DNA of 64,000 nt from Escherichia phage humlepung, in the sequence record MN850564.1; one strand, given 5' to 3'. How positions within the stretch are numbered: position 1 is the stretch's first letter; each line of letters starts with the position of its first letter. The notes beneath the pieces were generated by a model. The model did no database searches, was not told the origin of the DNA, and saw only the letters and a list, made by a program, of their open reading frames with translations. The position numbers were made by a program, and so were the translations under genes. Positions 46,353 through 55,552 of the stretch are shown here, piece by piece.

Positions 46353-47234
46353 ATGAAAACTGTTATTGAAGCCGTCGTCACCGCACAAGAGAAATTCTTC
46401 CACACAGAAAAATTTAATATCATTCAATTCCCATCTGGAGAAATTGGTGGAAACTTCTCTGAAGATTTTGTTAAGTTTACTGAGCGTAATGCTGGTAAGA
46501 TTGATAATGTTATAATTACTGTACAGGGATATGACAAGGATACACTGTTTGCATTAGCTTTGGCTAAGGATGCCGTTGACAGTCTTGTTCCCCAGAAATC
46601 AGCGATGAAAACCGTTGTTTTCGGGTTCTTACCAAATGCTCGATATGACCGCCACATGTTCAAAGGTGATGCAGCAGCACTGAAAGTCTTTGCCAACCTA
46701 GTTAATGCAATGGGCTTTGATGCAGTATGTGCTCTTGACCCTCACAGTAATGTTGCAGAAAACTTATTTAAGTGTTTTCAGAGCATGAAGCAAAAAGATG
46801 TGGCAGTACACTTTGCAAGTGACCCACGCATTGATTTCTTGGTAGCCCCAGATGCAGGTGCAGCTAAGAAGACTGAAGATGCCGCTAAAGAGGTGGATAA
46901 ACCATATATCACAATGTCTAAGGTGCGCAATCTTAAGACTGGAGAAATCACTGGTATGCGAATCCTTGACGATGTTGATTTGACCGATAAAACTGTCATG
47001 ATTCTTGATGATATCTGTGATGGTGGTCGAACCTTCGTAGAGGCAGCTAAACACCTACGTGAAGCAGGTGCAAAACGTGTGGAACTCTATGTAACTCATG
47101 GTATTTTCTCTAAAGGTGTTGAAAACTTACTTGACAATGGTATTGACCATATCTACACTACAAACACTTTAGGTGAAGCTAAAGACCGTGGCTTAACACA
47201 TTACGCCCAAGTTACTGTAGCAACCATTGATTGA
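46353..47234 (+). CDS. ribose-phosphate pyrophosphokinase-like enzyme (candidate ADP-ribose pyrophosphokinase of NARP1)
   Basis: PRTase-type PRPP/ribose-phosphate binding loop VMILDDICDGGRTF; start ATG 46353 after GAGAGAGAAAA (track start TTG). Confidence 0.7.
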   Translation: MKTVIEAVVTAQEKFFHTEKFNIIQFPSGEIGGNFSEDFVKFTERNAGKIDNVIITVQGYDKDTLFALALAKDAVDSLVPQKSAMKTVVFGFLPNARYDRHMFKGDAAALKVFANLVNAMGFDAVCALDPHSNVAENLFKCFQSMKQKDVAVHFASDPRIDFLVAPDAGAAKKTEDAAKEVDKPYITMSKVRNLKTGEITGMRILDDVDLTDKTVMILDDICDGGRTFVEAAKHLREAGAKRVELYVTHGIFSKGVENLLDNGIDHIYTTNTLGEAKDRGLTHYAQVTVATID

Positions 47235-47243
47235 AACTTTATA

Positions 47244-47265
47244 GGGGCTTGAAAGCCCCATTTTG
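47244..47265 (+). terminator. putative terminator/attenuator between the Prs-like and NAMPT-like genes
   Basis: GGGGCT-TGAA-AGCCCC followed by ATTTTG. Confidence 0.4.
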
Positions 47266-47279
47266 AGAGAGATTAAAAG

Positions 47280-49061
47280 ATGACTAAATCGCTTTACGCA
47301 GTACCAGCAGGTTTAAACGCAGATGCTTACAAATCTGGTCATGTTTACCAGTACCCTAGTGCAACAGAATACTTGATGTTCAACCTGACACCACGTAGTG
47401 ACAAATGGTTTAACAGCCCCTTAGCAATTGATGGTGTAGTAGCTTTTGGTATTCAACGTTTCGTTAAAGATTACCTGATAGACCACTGGAACGCCACTTT
47501 CTTTGAACGTGATAAAAAAGAAGCAATTGACGAAATCTTAGAAGTTATGAATGGTGTTCTGGGGAAAGATGCTATCGGTCGAGAGCATTGGGAAGCACTT
47601 CACGACTTAGGTTATCTACCAGTTGAAGTGTACGCTGTAGAAGAAGGCACAGTTGTCCCGATGCGTGTCCCAATGATTGTCTTCCAGAACACTGTTTCAG
47701 GTTTCCATTGGGTAGCAGGTTATCTAGAAGACGCTTTCTCTGCTGAGATTTGGAAGACTTGCACCATTGCAACTATTGCATTGCACTACAAACGTATCTG
47801 TAAGAAGTGGGCTGACCTTACTTGCGACAATGAATTACATTTACCTTATCAGTGCCATGACTTTGCTATGCGTGGTATGTCCGGCTTTACCGATGACGCA
47901 TTTAATGCTGTAGGTCACTTAACCAGCTTTAAAGGAACTGATAGCTTCCCTGCTGTATACACGGCTAAACGCATCTATGGACAGTCTTACCCAATTTCTG
48001 ATATTGGTAGTTCTGTACCAGCCACTGAACACTCTGTAATGTGTGCAAACATTGCTTGGGAAGGTGGTAATGAATTGATTGAAGAGGAAAGACGCTTTAA
48101 AGGTGAGTTGCAAACCTTCCGTCGTTTCTTAACAGAAACTTACCCAACTGGTATTGCAAGTATTGTTTCAGATACTTATAACTTCTGGAGAACTGTGTCA
48201 GAAATCTTACCAGCACTTCGTAAAGAAATTATGGAACGTGATGGTAAGCTGGTAATTCGCCCTGACTCTGGAGACCCTGTACATATTGTCACAGGCTATA
48301 AAGCAATCCACTTAGAGTGTGCTAAGAAGGCTTATTACGAACACTTAAGCAAGCTTGAAGCCAGCGACACAATGTTGAATGCTGTTCTGAACATGAAGCT
48401 TGAAAACATCAATTATGGTATTGCTGGATGGCTACTGTCAGAAGGCTACGAAATGGTTGTTGACAGAGAAGACTTTGAAGTTGCTGATACAGTGCTGTTG
48501 AAAAACGCTTATATGGTTGGTTCTGCAAACGTTGTAACACGTCCTGTAGCTGAGATTGATGGAGCTATTAAGACACTGTACAACATCTTTGGGGGAACTA
48601 TTAACTCTAAAGGGTTTAAGGTACTGGATGAGCATATCGGACTTATCTATGGTGACTCTATCACGCTGGAACGTGCAAACGAAATCCTGAAGCGTCTGTA
48701 TGAAATGGGTTTTGCAAGCTCTAACGTAGTGTTTGGCGTAGGTTCTTACACTTACCAGTACATGACTCGTGACACCTTTGCATTTGCTGTCAAAGCAACT
48801 CTTGCAAGCATTGGTGGTAAAGAGATTATGCTTGCAAAAGACCCTAAAACAGATAGTGGTGTTAAGAAATCTGCCTTTGGTGGTGTAGCACCTATGTGGG
48901 ATGGTGACAAGCTGAAAGCTATAGATGGCTATGGATTCCAGAGTTTTGCAGATGTACTTGACCACCCAGCTTGTGCCTTACGTTTAGTCTTTAGTGACTC
49001 TGAGCAGTTCGGTTACACAACTCTTGGGGATATTCGAAATAATATTGACAAGCAGCTTTAA
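47280..49061 (+). CDS. nadV: nicotinamide phosphoribosyltransferase-like enzyme (candidate Namat of NARP1)
   Basis: 593 aa NAMPT/PBEF-family sized protein directly downstream of the Prs-like gene. Confidence 0.7.
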   Translation: MTKSLYAVPAGLNADAYKSGHVYQYPSATEYLMFNLTPRSDKWFNSPLAIDGVVAFGIQRFVKDYLIDHWNATFFERDKKEAIDEILEVMNGVLGKDAIGREHWEALHDLGYLPVEVYAVEEGTVVPMRVPMIVFQNTVSGFHWVAGYLEDAFSAEIWKTCTIATIALHYKRICKKWADLTCDNELHLPYQCHDFAMRGMSGFTDDAFNAVGHLTSFKGTDSFPAVYTAKRIYGQSYPISDIGSSVPATEHSVMCANIAWEGGNELIEEERRFKGELQTFRRFLTETYPTGIASIVSDTYNFWRTVSEILPALRKEIMERDGKLVIRPDSGDPVHIVTGYKAIHLECAKKAYYEHLSKLEASDTMLNAVLNMKLENINYGIAGWLLSEGYEMVVDREDFEVADTVLLKNAYMVGSANVVTRPVAEIDGAIKTLYNIFGGTINSKGFKVLDEHIGLIYGDSITLERANEILKRLYEMGFASSNVVFGVGSYTYQYMTRDTFAFAVKATLASIGGKEIMLAKDPKTDSGVKKSAFGGVAPMWDGDKLKAIDGYGFQSFADVLDHPACALRLVFSDSEQFGYTTLGDIRNNIDKQL

Positions 49062-49075
49062 AAGTATATGATAAG

Positions 49076-49100
49076 AGGCTCCTACGGGAGCCTTTTTAAT
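49076..49100 (+). terminator. rho-independent terminator
   Basis: AGGCTCC-TACG-GGAGCCT followed by T5. Confidence 0.6.
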
Positions 49101-49114
49101 TTCTGGAGAAAACT

Positions 49115-49450
49115 ATGAAAATCAAAGAGATGAACATCAACATTGTCTTAGAAGAACGTTGGGAGAACATCAAGAAGCCTGAAGATGGTCATAAGTTCCT
49201 TAACAAAATCTTGGTAGCAGCTAAAGAAGAACTGACTGGAAAGGTTGCAGCAGCAATCACAATAAAGGTTTGTGTAAAAGGTCTTCCACAACATCACCAG
49301 TTTGCACTTGACGAGTTTAAAGAAAGCTTCTACAATCCAAACAAACAGATGCTTGAAAGTAACTTTGCAGTATCTACAAGTATCGTTCATGACAGAAGCT
49401 TTATCCTTTACAAAAATATGAGAGGTGAGTCATGCAAGCATATTGGATAG
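49115..49450 (+). CDS. hypothetical protein
   Basis: 111 aa; RBS GGAGAA. Confidence 0.45.
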   Translation: MKIKEMNINIVLEERWENIKKPEDGHKFLNKILVAAKEELTGKVAAAITIKVCVKGLPQHHQFALDEFKESFYNPNKQMLESNFAVSTSIVHDRSFILYKNMRGESCKHIG

Positions 49451-49608
49451 AAATTTTACTGTCACTTGGTAGTGTAGCAGTATTTGTTTACCTCCTTTGT
49501 AAGTACTTTGCAGAGCACAAAAAATGTGACTACTGTAATGGAGAGGGGTACATAAGGGCAGGATGTTGCCCTATGTGTGGTGGTTCTGGTAAAATGTTTA
49601 ATAAGTAA
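49432..49608 (+). CDS. small membrane-anchored zinc-ribbon protein (58 aa, below ORF-track cutoff)
   Basis: ATG 49432 after AGAGGTGAG; hydrophobic N-terminus then CDYCNGEGYIRAGCCPMCGGSG (CxxC...CxxC). Confidence 0.4.
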   Translation: MQAYWIEILLSLGSVAVFVYLLCKYFAEHKKCDYCNGEGYIRAGCCPMCGGSGKMFNK

Positions 49609-49636
49609 TTTAACAGTAAACTGAGAGGAAAGTATT

Positions 49637-52003
49637 ATGCGCATGGTAAACGACCACGCAGAAGTGATTAAGAGTTCAACTTCTTTAGAGACGTCTCAAG
49701 CACAGATTACAATGACACCTGAAATGTTCAGCCTTTTGAGTTCTGGTGTATATACCTTTAAAGAAAGGGCAGTGATTCGTGAACTGTCATGTAACGCAGT
49801 AGATGCTCAGAAAGAAGCTGGAAAAGAGAATATCCCGTTCCATGTGCATTTACCTACTCGTTTTGAGCCTTACTTTGAAGTCCGTGATTTTGGAACTGGA
49901 TTGACTCATGATAAAGTTATGAGTTTGTACCTAAACTACGGGGCTTCTACGAAGAATGACTCTAATGATTACATTGGTGCAATGGGTATCGGCTCAAAAT
50001 CTCCATTTGCAATTGCTCAGTCATTCACAGTATCTAGCTATGTTGACGGTGTTGTTAATAAGTACTCTGTTTATCTTGAGAATGGTATTCCTCAAGTAAC
50101 TAAGCTGACAACTAACCCAACAAAAGAACCTAATGGTTTAGCTGTACGTGTGGCAGTTGCTGACCACCGTATCTCAAAGTTCTTTGAAGAAGCTGGTAAT
50201 GTATACTCATACTTTGCTGTAAAACCAGAAAGTAATATTGTGTACGACGATGTATTAGCAGATATGAACGTCATTGCCCGTGAAGAGGGTGTTTATGATG
50301 CCATGATTCATAAGCAAAGTTGGCGTTCTAGTGGTAACAGGACAGAGTTTAATGTGGTGATGGGTAACATTGCCTACCCTGTTAACATGGAAGCATTACT
50401 TGGTGATGACTTCTTCAAAGTATTGCCAGAATTTTTCCGTAGGAGCGTAGACCTTGTAAACATCTACATGCCTATTGGTTCAGTTGCTATTGCAGCTTCT
50501 CGTGAAGCATTGCAGATGAATGACACGACAAAAAATGTTATCATTGAGGCTACTAAAAAGATAACTGAAGCCATTACAAAGGATGTTATCAAGAAAGTTA
50601 ATAGCCAACCTACACTCATGGATGCTGCACAGGCTTATGCTGAGTTACGTTTGAACTCACGAGAGATGTTTAATGCTGTGTGTCCAAAGCTAGAGTGGGG
50701 AGGCGTTAAGCTTGATTCTCTGGAAGAAGAATTGCTAAACATTCGTCGTGGGATTATCTACGCAGAAGACGGCTCAGTCATTTATGAACGTGACGGTAAA
50801 GGTAATATTAAGGTTGACAGTAAAGGAAACAACATTCCTAAAGTGGACTACCTATACAATCCAGTTGCTTATGTCAAGTTCAACTCTTTAGAGAGTAAGA
50901 TTCGTGCAACAGCACTTTCCTACACTCAAGAGGCAAGTATGTTCAATATCTTTGGTGCAATGCGTAAAAGCCAAATTGAACAGTTTTTGTTCGTGATTAA
51001 TGACCGTCGCAATAAAAACGGAACTGAGAAGACTGTAGGACGCAATCAAATCTTGCGTGGTGCATGTCGAGACTACGCCAACGAGTCAAGTCTGTTTCGC
51101 AGATACAATGGTATTGTGTTTGTATTCTCGACTGAAAAAGAGCTAGATGACTTAATCAACCTACACAAACTTGATAAAAGCTTGTTAAAGATTGTGAAAA
51201 TGTCTGATAAGGAGCACCATTACCAGCGCAAAGAAGCTGTAAGGGGTGTTGTAAAACTCTGGAAAGCTGTTCCATCAGAAACTAAAGCTTCATACACAGA
51301 GGTGTCAGAAGACCTAGATACAATTGAAGAACCCCAGCTTTATATCAAGGCAGTAGGCGACACAGTTGATGGTGAATGTTTTTGCTCATCCCCAGAAGAT
51401 GTAGCTAAAACAATTGCTAATGTTATAGGAAAAACAGTCTATGTTTTCCGAAAAGCAAATTGGAAAAAGATACCAGAAGACTGGATTGAAGTAGATGAGA
51501 AGCTATTGAATGACAGCTTAACTGATGTTCACTGGATTAATCATAACAGGTATATGACACGTATCTATATGAATGGTGTCCTTGACCTTACAAGTAGTTG
51601 GATTATTGCCAGAAACTTTACGTTTAATAACAAGAAGATTTCTCGCGGGTATTGCTATTCACGAGATACAAACAAAACCATCTTCTTAGAAGGTAATGAG
51701 AATGCTGTTGAGGCAATGTTTGGTAAGATTCAGTATGTGGCTGCACCGTTTGCATACACTTACACTATCAGTGTTCTTCAGGATTTGAAGTCATGCCTTG
51801 ACAATGATACAAAACTGTACAAAAAGATTAAGAAAGCGGGTGACCGCATGGTTATCAAACTGACAAACTATCTTTCAAAAAGAAAACAAGAAAACTTCTT
51901 GCTTTCTCATTTAGATTGGAATAAAGTGTCACCCATCGAAGTGAGTAAGTTCTTAGGTTTTGATGTGAAGTGTGTTCCAGAAGGAACTACAATTTACGAT
52001 TAA
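49637..52003 (+). CDS. rIIA: rIIA-like protein (GHKL-type ATPase fold)
   Basis: 788 aa; N-terminal GHKL motifs ELSCNAVDA, DFGTG, GAMGIGSKS; followed by rIIB-sized gene. Confidence 0.6.
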   Translation: MRMVNDHAEVIKSSTSLETSQAQITMTPEMFSLLSSGVYTFKERAVIRELSCNAVDAQKEAGKENIPFHVHLPTRFEPYFEVRDFGTGLTHDKVMSLYLNYGASTKNDSNDYIGAMGIGSKSPFAIAQSFTVSSYVDGVVNKYSVYLENGIPQVTKLTTNPTKEPNGLAVRVAVADHRISKFFEEAGNVYSYFAVKPESNIVYDDVLADMNVIAREEGVYDAMIHKQSWRSSGNRTEFNVVMGNIAYPVNMEALLGDDFFKVLPEFFRRSVDLVNIYMPIGSVAIAASREALQMNDTTKNVIIEATKKITEAITKDVIKKVNSQPTLMDAAQAYAELRLNSREMFNAVCPKLEWGGVKLDSLEEELLNIRRGIIYAEDGSVIYERDGKGNIKVDSKGNNIPKVDYLYNPVAYVKFNSLESKIRATALSYTQEASMFNIFGAMRKSQIEQFLFVINDRRNKNGTEKTVGRNQILRGACRDYANESSLFRRYNGIVFVFSTEKELDDLINLHKLDKSLLKIVKMSDKEHHYQRKEAVRGVVKLWKAVPSETKASYTEVSEDLDTIEEPQLYIKAVGDTVDGECFCSSPEDVAKTIANVIGKTVYVFRKANWKKIPEDWIEVDEKLLNDSLTDVHWINHNRYMTRIYMNGVLDLTSSWIIARNFTFNNKKISRGYCYSRDTNKTIFLEGNENAVEAMFGKIQYVAAPFAYTYTISVLQDLKSCLDNDTKLYKKIKKAGDRMVIKLTNYLSKRKQENFLLSHLDWNKVSPIEVSKFLGFDVKCVPEGTTIYD

Positions 52004-52008
52004 AGTGT

Positions 52009-52038
52009 TTGACAAGGGGCTTCGAAGCCCCTTAGAAT
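52009..52038 (+). promoter_or_regulatory. promoter TTGACA-N18-TAGAAT with perfect GC palindrome in the spacer
   Basis: -35 TTGACA, spacer contains GGGGCTTCGAAGCCCC (doubles as hairpin after rIIA), -10 TAGAAT. Confidence 0.45.
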
Positions 52039-52082
52039 AGCCTTACAAAATGATTTATTAACTAACAAGAGAGAGTAATAAG

Positions 52083-53192
52083 ATGACTACTAAAACTAAA
52101 GCACAGATTGACGCAGAAATTTACGAACTGGTTAAAGAAGGTAAGCTGACTAAAACAGCTATTGCACAGAAATTCAATACTTCAACCCGTTCAGTTGGTC
52201 GTGCTGTAGAGCGTCATGAAGCAACCTTAAAAGGTAAGAAAAAGGTAGCTTCTAAACCAGCTACGAAGACTTTGAAGCAAGTTGCTAAATCAGTTAAAAA
52301 GAAAGCTGACAAACCAGTTGAAAAGGTTGTTAAAGAGCCTGTACAGAAAGCTCCGGTAAATAAACTGCATGAAGCTATGCAGAATGGCAACCAAATTGAG
52401 TACATGATTACTGGCGACTCTGTTATCATGACTTTCGGTGCAGATTCTGAAATCGTTGAATCTACCCATCCGAACTACAAAGAAATCGTGATGGCTGTTG
52501 TATCCGGTGAGTATAAGAAAGCTTTCGAACTGATGAACATTCGTAAGTCTATCGAAAACTTCACTCAGGGTGCTATCACCATCAAAGGTGACAAGTTATT
52601 CTACGGTGCTGTTGAGATGCGTTCTACTCTGGTTGACCGTATTCTTCACATGATGAAGACTGGAGATAAGGGTTTTGAACGCCTTGTGATGTTCTTCGAA
52701 AAACTGATGGAAAACCCATCTAAAGACTCTGTAGAACAACTTTGGGGATTCGTATCTCACCTTGATGTTGAAATTGATGAAGAAGGCTACATCATTGGTT
52801 GGAAGAAAGTCTCTACTCATGAAGGCAAGCTGGTTGACTCCCACACCTACAGAGTACCTAATGATTTGGGTAACATTGTAGAAATGCCACGTTGGATGGT
52901 TGATAATAACCGTAACGTGACTTGCTCTCAGGGTCTTCACGTTGGTGCTTGGGATTATGTTCGTTGCTTCTCAGGTGATACAATCCTGAAGGTTCGTGTC
53001 CATCCACGAGATGTTGTATCTGTTCCAACTGATTACAACGATATGAAGATGCGTTCGTCTCGTTATGAAGTTGCAGCAATCGTTGATAATCAACGTAAAG
53101 TGCTGAAAGAATGGGATGGCAAGACTGAAGCTTTGCATGTCATCGTTGGCACTGCTGGTGAACTAATCTCCCAACGTAAACGTGAAATCTAA
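52083..53192 (+). CDS. rIIB: rIIB-like protein
   Basis: 369 aa directly downstream of rIIA-like gene; basic N-terminal region. Confidence 0.5.
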   Translation: MTTKTKAQIDAEIYELVKEGKLTKTAIAQKFNTSTRSVGRAVERHEATLKGKKKVASKPATKTLKQVAKSVKKKADKPVEKVVKEPVQKAPVNKLHEAMQNGNQIEYMITGDSVIMTFGADSEIVESTHPNYKEIVMAVVSGEYKKAFELMNIRKSIENFTQGAITIKGDKLFYGAVEMRSTLVDRILHMMKTGDKGFERLVMFFEKLMENPSKDSVEQLWGFVSHLDVEIDEEGYIIGWKKVSTHEGKLVDSHTYRVPNDLGNIVEMPRWMVDNNRNVTCSQGLHVGAWDYVRCFSGDTILKVRVHPRDVVSVPTDYNDMKMRSSRYEVAAIVDNQRKVLKEWDGKTEALHVIVGTAGELISQRKREI

Positions 53193-53206
53193 TAAGTAAT
53201 TTCTTA

Positions 53207-53232
53207 AAAGGCTGCTTCGGCGGCCTTTTTTA
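53207..53232 (+). terminator. rho-independent terminator
   Basis: AGGCTGC-TTCG-GCGGCCT followed by T6. Confidence 0.55.
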
Positions 53233-53292
53233 TTTGTATTTTGTGCAGAGTGCTGTATAATTGTTGTCACGATAAACTAAACAGGAGAACCA

Positions 53293-53841
53293 ATGAAGAA
53301 ATTGATTCTAGGTTTGTGCTTAATGTTTACAGCACACTTATCTTATGCAGTTGACTGCCCAGAGCTATCAATTAGCCAAAAAGTAAACATGTTAAAAGCT
53401 TACCAGTATGGTGAGAATAACATGGGTAAAGGTTGGGGTATCACTCTAGCTGCTATAGCCTTACAAGAGTCAGAGTTAGGTCTGAAGGTAGAGAATAAAA
53501 AGACACATGATTATGGTATCTTCCAGAATCACTTGAAGACTGTTGTAAAGCGTAACAAAATTAGTCCTAATGTGGCTAAAAAGAAACTCTTAAAAGACTT
53601 TGACTATGCTGCGAAGGAAACTCACAAAGAGCTTGAGTTTTGGACAAAGGTGCATGGTCAGCCAAAGTCAAAGAAGACTTTACAAAAAGTTTTAGCATCA
53701 TATAATGCTGGGTATTCGTACAAAATCCCTAAAGCTAAGAAATATTCTCAAGATGTCTATAACAACATGAAAGTCATTGCTCAATGTGAATTTGCAATAA
53801 ACATTTCTAAGGTAAACCATGAAAAAATTAAAAAAGTCTGA
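53293..53841 (+). CDS. secreted lytic transglycosylase-like protein (SLT/lysozyme-like domain)
   Basis: Signal-like N-terminus MKKLILGLCLMFTAHLSYA; ALQESELGL...DYGIFQN resembles the SLT catalytic E-S...GxxQ motif. Confidence 0.45.
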   Translation: MKKLILGLCLMFTAHLSYAVDCPELSISQKVNMLKAYQYGENNMGKGWGITLAAIALQESELGLKVENKKTHDYGIFQNHLKTVVKRNKISPNVAKKKLLKDFDYAAKETHKELEFWTKVHGQPKSKKTLQKVLASYNAGYSYKIPKAKKYSQDVYNNMKVIAQCEFAINISKVNHEKIKKV

Positions 53842-54514
53842 TGAAGTATTGTGTCATGCTTACGACTTACATCCTCATGAGTTAGGTCTTGATTCCTGTG
53901 TATGGACTCCAGAACAGTGTAGGGATTTTGAAGACACTGCAAGAGAAGTTGTATGTTCACTCGAAGAGTTCCACACATCAGAGCCAATTGTGAATGTTGT
54001 AGATAAAGAGACTGGACAAACTATAGGTGTAAGTCGTGATAGCTTAGTCATAGTCAATAAAGACCTTGTAGAAAAAGGTAACCTCATCTTAGCAGATATT
54101 GATGGTGTTCTTACAAATTTTAATCACGAAGATTGCTCAACGGAATTGACTGATGGGTCATTCTCACAGTACACTAATCTTCTTGACTCTGTAAGAGCAA
54201 AACCAACGTATGTCTTTAGTATTATTGATGCAATTGCTAATCATGCTGCCATTGGACTCTTGACAGCGAGAGGTGAATCTCAGAGAATACCTACTGAGAT
54301 GTTTTTAAGGCATAACACAGAGCATGACTACATGCTTTTTATGCGTGGTTTTGGGACTAACTCTATAAGTGCAGAAAGTTTGAAAGTGAGGATGATTCAG
54401 TCTTGCATTCTGCCTTACTTTAATATAGTATGTTTTATAGAAGACACAGAGAAGAATGTGCAGAAGGTGAACAGAATACTTCCACACATCAAAACCATGT
54501 TAGTTAAACATTGA
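53819..54514 (+). CDS. HAD-superfamily hydrolase-like protein (C-terminal domain)
   Basis: LILADIDGVLTNF matches HAD motif I (DxDGT/V); 231 aa. Confidence 0.4.
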   Translation: MKKLKKSDEVLCHAYDLHPHELGLDSCVWTPEQCRDFEDTAREVVCSLEEFHTSEPIVNVVDKETGQTIGVSRDSLVIVNKDLVEKGNLILADIDGVLTNFNHEDCSTELTDGSFSQYTNLLDSVRAKPTYVFSIIDAIANHAAIGLLTARGESQRIPTEMFLRHNTEHDYMLFMRGFGTNSISAESLKVRMIQSCILPYFNIVCFIEDTEKNVQKVNRILPHIKTMLVKH

Positions 54515-54524
54515 GAGAAAACTT

Positions 54525-54989
54525 ATGAACAATATCATTACGGTAGCACTGGACGTTACGGCAAACAAATCTGAAGTAGTTCGTAACATTATCAAGAGCA
54601 ACTTTGAGGGTAAAATTTTCCGTGCTGTCAACGTAAAAGCAGACGGTAACATCCGAGAGTATCGTGCTCTTTTGAATGTTAAGAAACACGTAAAAGGTTC
54701 TGGCTCAACCACAGCACACAAAGAAAACCTGATGACTATCTATGATATGGGGATGGCTTCAGAATTAGGTGCTGAAGGTATTGTTAAAGAAGGTGCTCCG
54801 TATCGCTCTTTCAATCTGGAAACTGCTCTTATGCTTTCCTTTACAAGTGGTTCTAAAACAACTACTTATCTCTTTACTGATGCTGCAACGGTATCTGCTA
54901 TCAAGGATAGCACTGTCAAAGCTGGGGTAGCTGCTGCTGCAAAAGCTTCTTCGATGGCTGCAAATGTCCTTGCTAAAGTCCTCGGTTAA
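54525..54989 (+). CDS. hypothetical protein
   Basis: 154 aa; followed by strong terminator. Confidence 0.5.
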   Translation: MNNIITVALDVTANKSEVVRNIIKSNFEGKIFRAVNVKADGNIREYRALLNVKKHVKGSGSTTAHKENLMTIYDMGMASELGAEGIVKEGAPYRSFNLETALMLSFTSGSKTTTYLFTDAATVSAIKDSTVKAGVAAAAKASSMAANVLAKVLG

Positions 54990-55000
54990 GGTTAAGATAC

Positions 55001-55024
55001 AGGCTCCTTCGGGAGCCTTTTTCA
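55001..55024 (+). terminator. rho-independent terminator
   Basis: AGGCTCC-TTCG-GGAGCCT followed by T5. Confidence 0.6.
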
Positions 55025-55041
55025 TTTCAGGAGATTGTTAA

Positions 55042-55389
55042 ATGACATTTAAAGAGTTCTGTCAAGCTACTTTCATAATTGTTTTCTTAGTTGGTGCAGG
55101 TGTCTGGGGAGGATACTCTTACAGAGACTATCAAGTTGCTGAAGCTGAGCTAAATAATGAGAAACTAATAAGTGTTGCTAAAGATGCTTATCAGGAAGGT
55201 TTAGCCACACTCAGCACCAATTACAAAAATGATTTGAAAGATGTGCTTGCTAAGAATAAGCATACAAAAGAGGTACTAACGTATGAAAAGACTAAGCCAG
55301 AGTTTTATAATGTTTGTGTTACTGATAATTATGTCAGGGTGTTCAACGAACAAAGTGAGCAGTACATTCAAAAACTCCCAAGTAAGTGA
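55042..55389 (+). CDS. i-spanin-like protein (N-terminal TM plus helical periplasmic domain)
   Basis: 115 aa; TM segment ATFIIVFLVGAGVWGGYSY; RBS AGGAGA; 3-prime end overlapped by lipoprotein gene. Confidence 0.4.
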   Translation: MTFKEFCQATFIIVFLVGAGVWGGYSYRDYQVAEAELNNEKLISVAKDAYQEGLATLSTNYKNDLKDVLAKNKHTKEVLTYEKTKPEFYNVCVTDNYVRVFNEQSEQYIQKLPSK

Positions 55390-55552
55390 GAGTGATAAGT
55401 ACACTCAAGAAGAATCACGGTATATCATCAAAGGCAACACAGGTAGTGATGTAGCAGCAGCACTTGAGTTCTACCGTGACGGATTTTACCAGTGTACAAT
55501 CAAAGCTAATAACCTTATTGACATGATTTTATTAGGGAATAAGCAGCAATGA
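55283..55552 (+). CDS. o-spanin-like lipoprotein (overlapping, +1 frame)
   Basis: 89 aa; MKRLSQSFIMFVLLIIMSGC lipobox-like signal; starts inside preceding gene. Confidence 0.4.
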   Translation: MKRLSQSFIMFVLLIIMSGCSTNKVSSTFKNSQVSESDKYTQEESRYIIKGNTGSDVAAALEFYRDGFYQCTIKANNLIDMILLGNKQQ

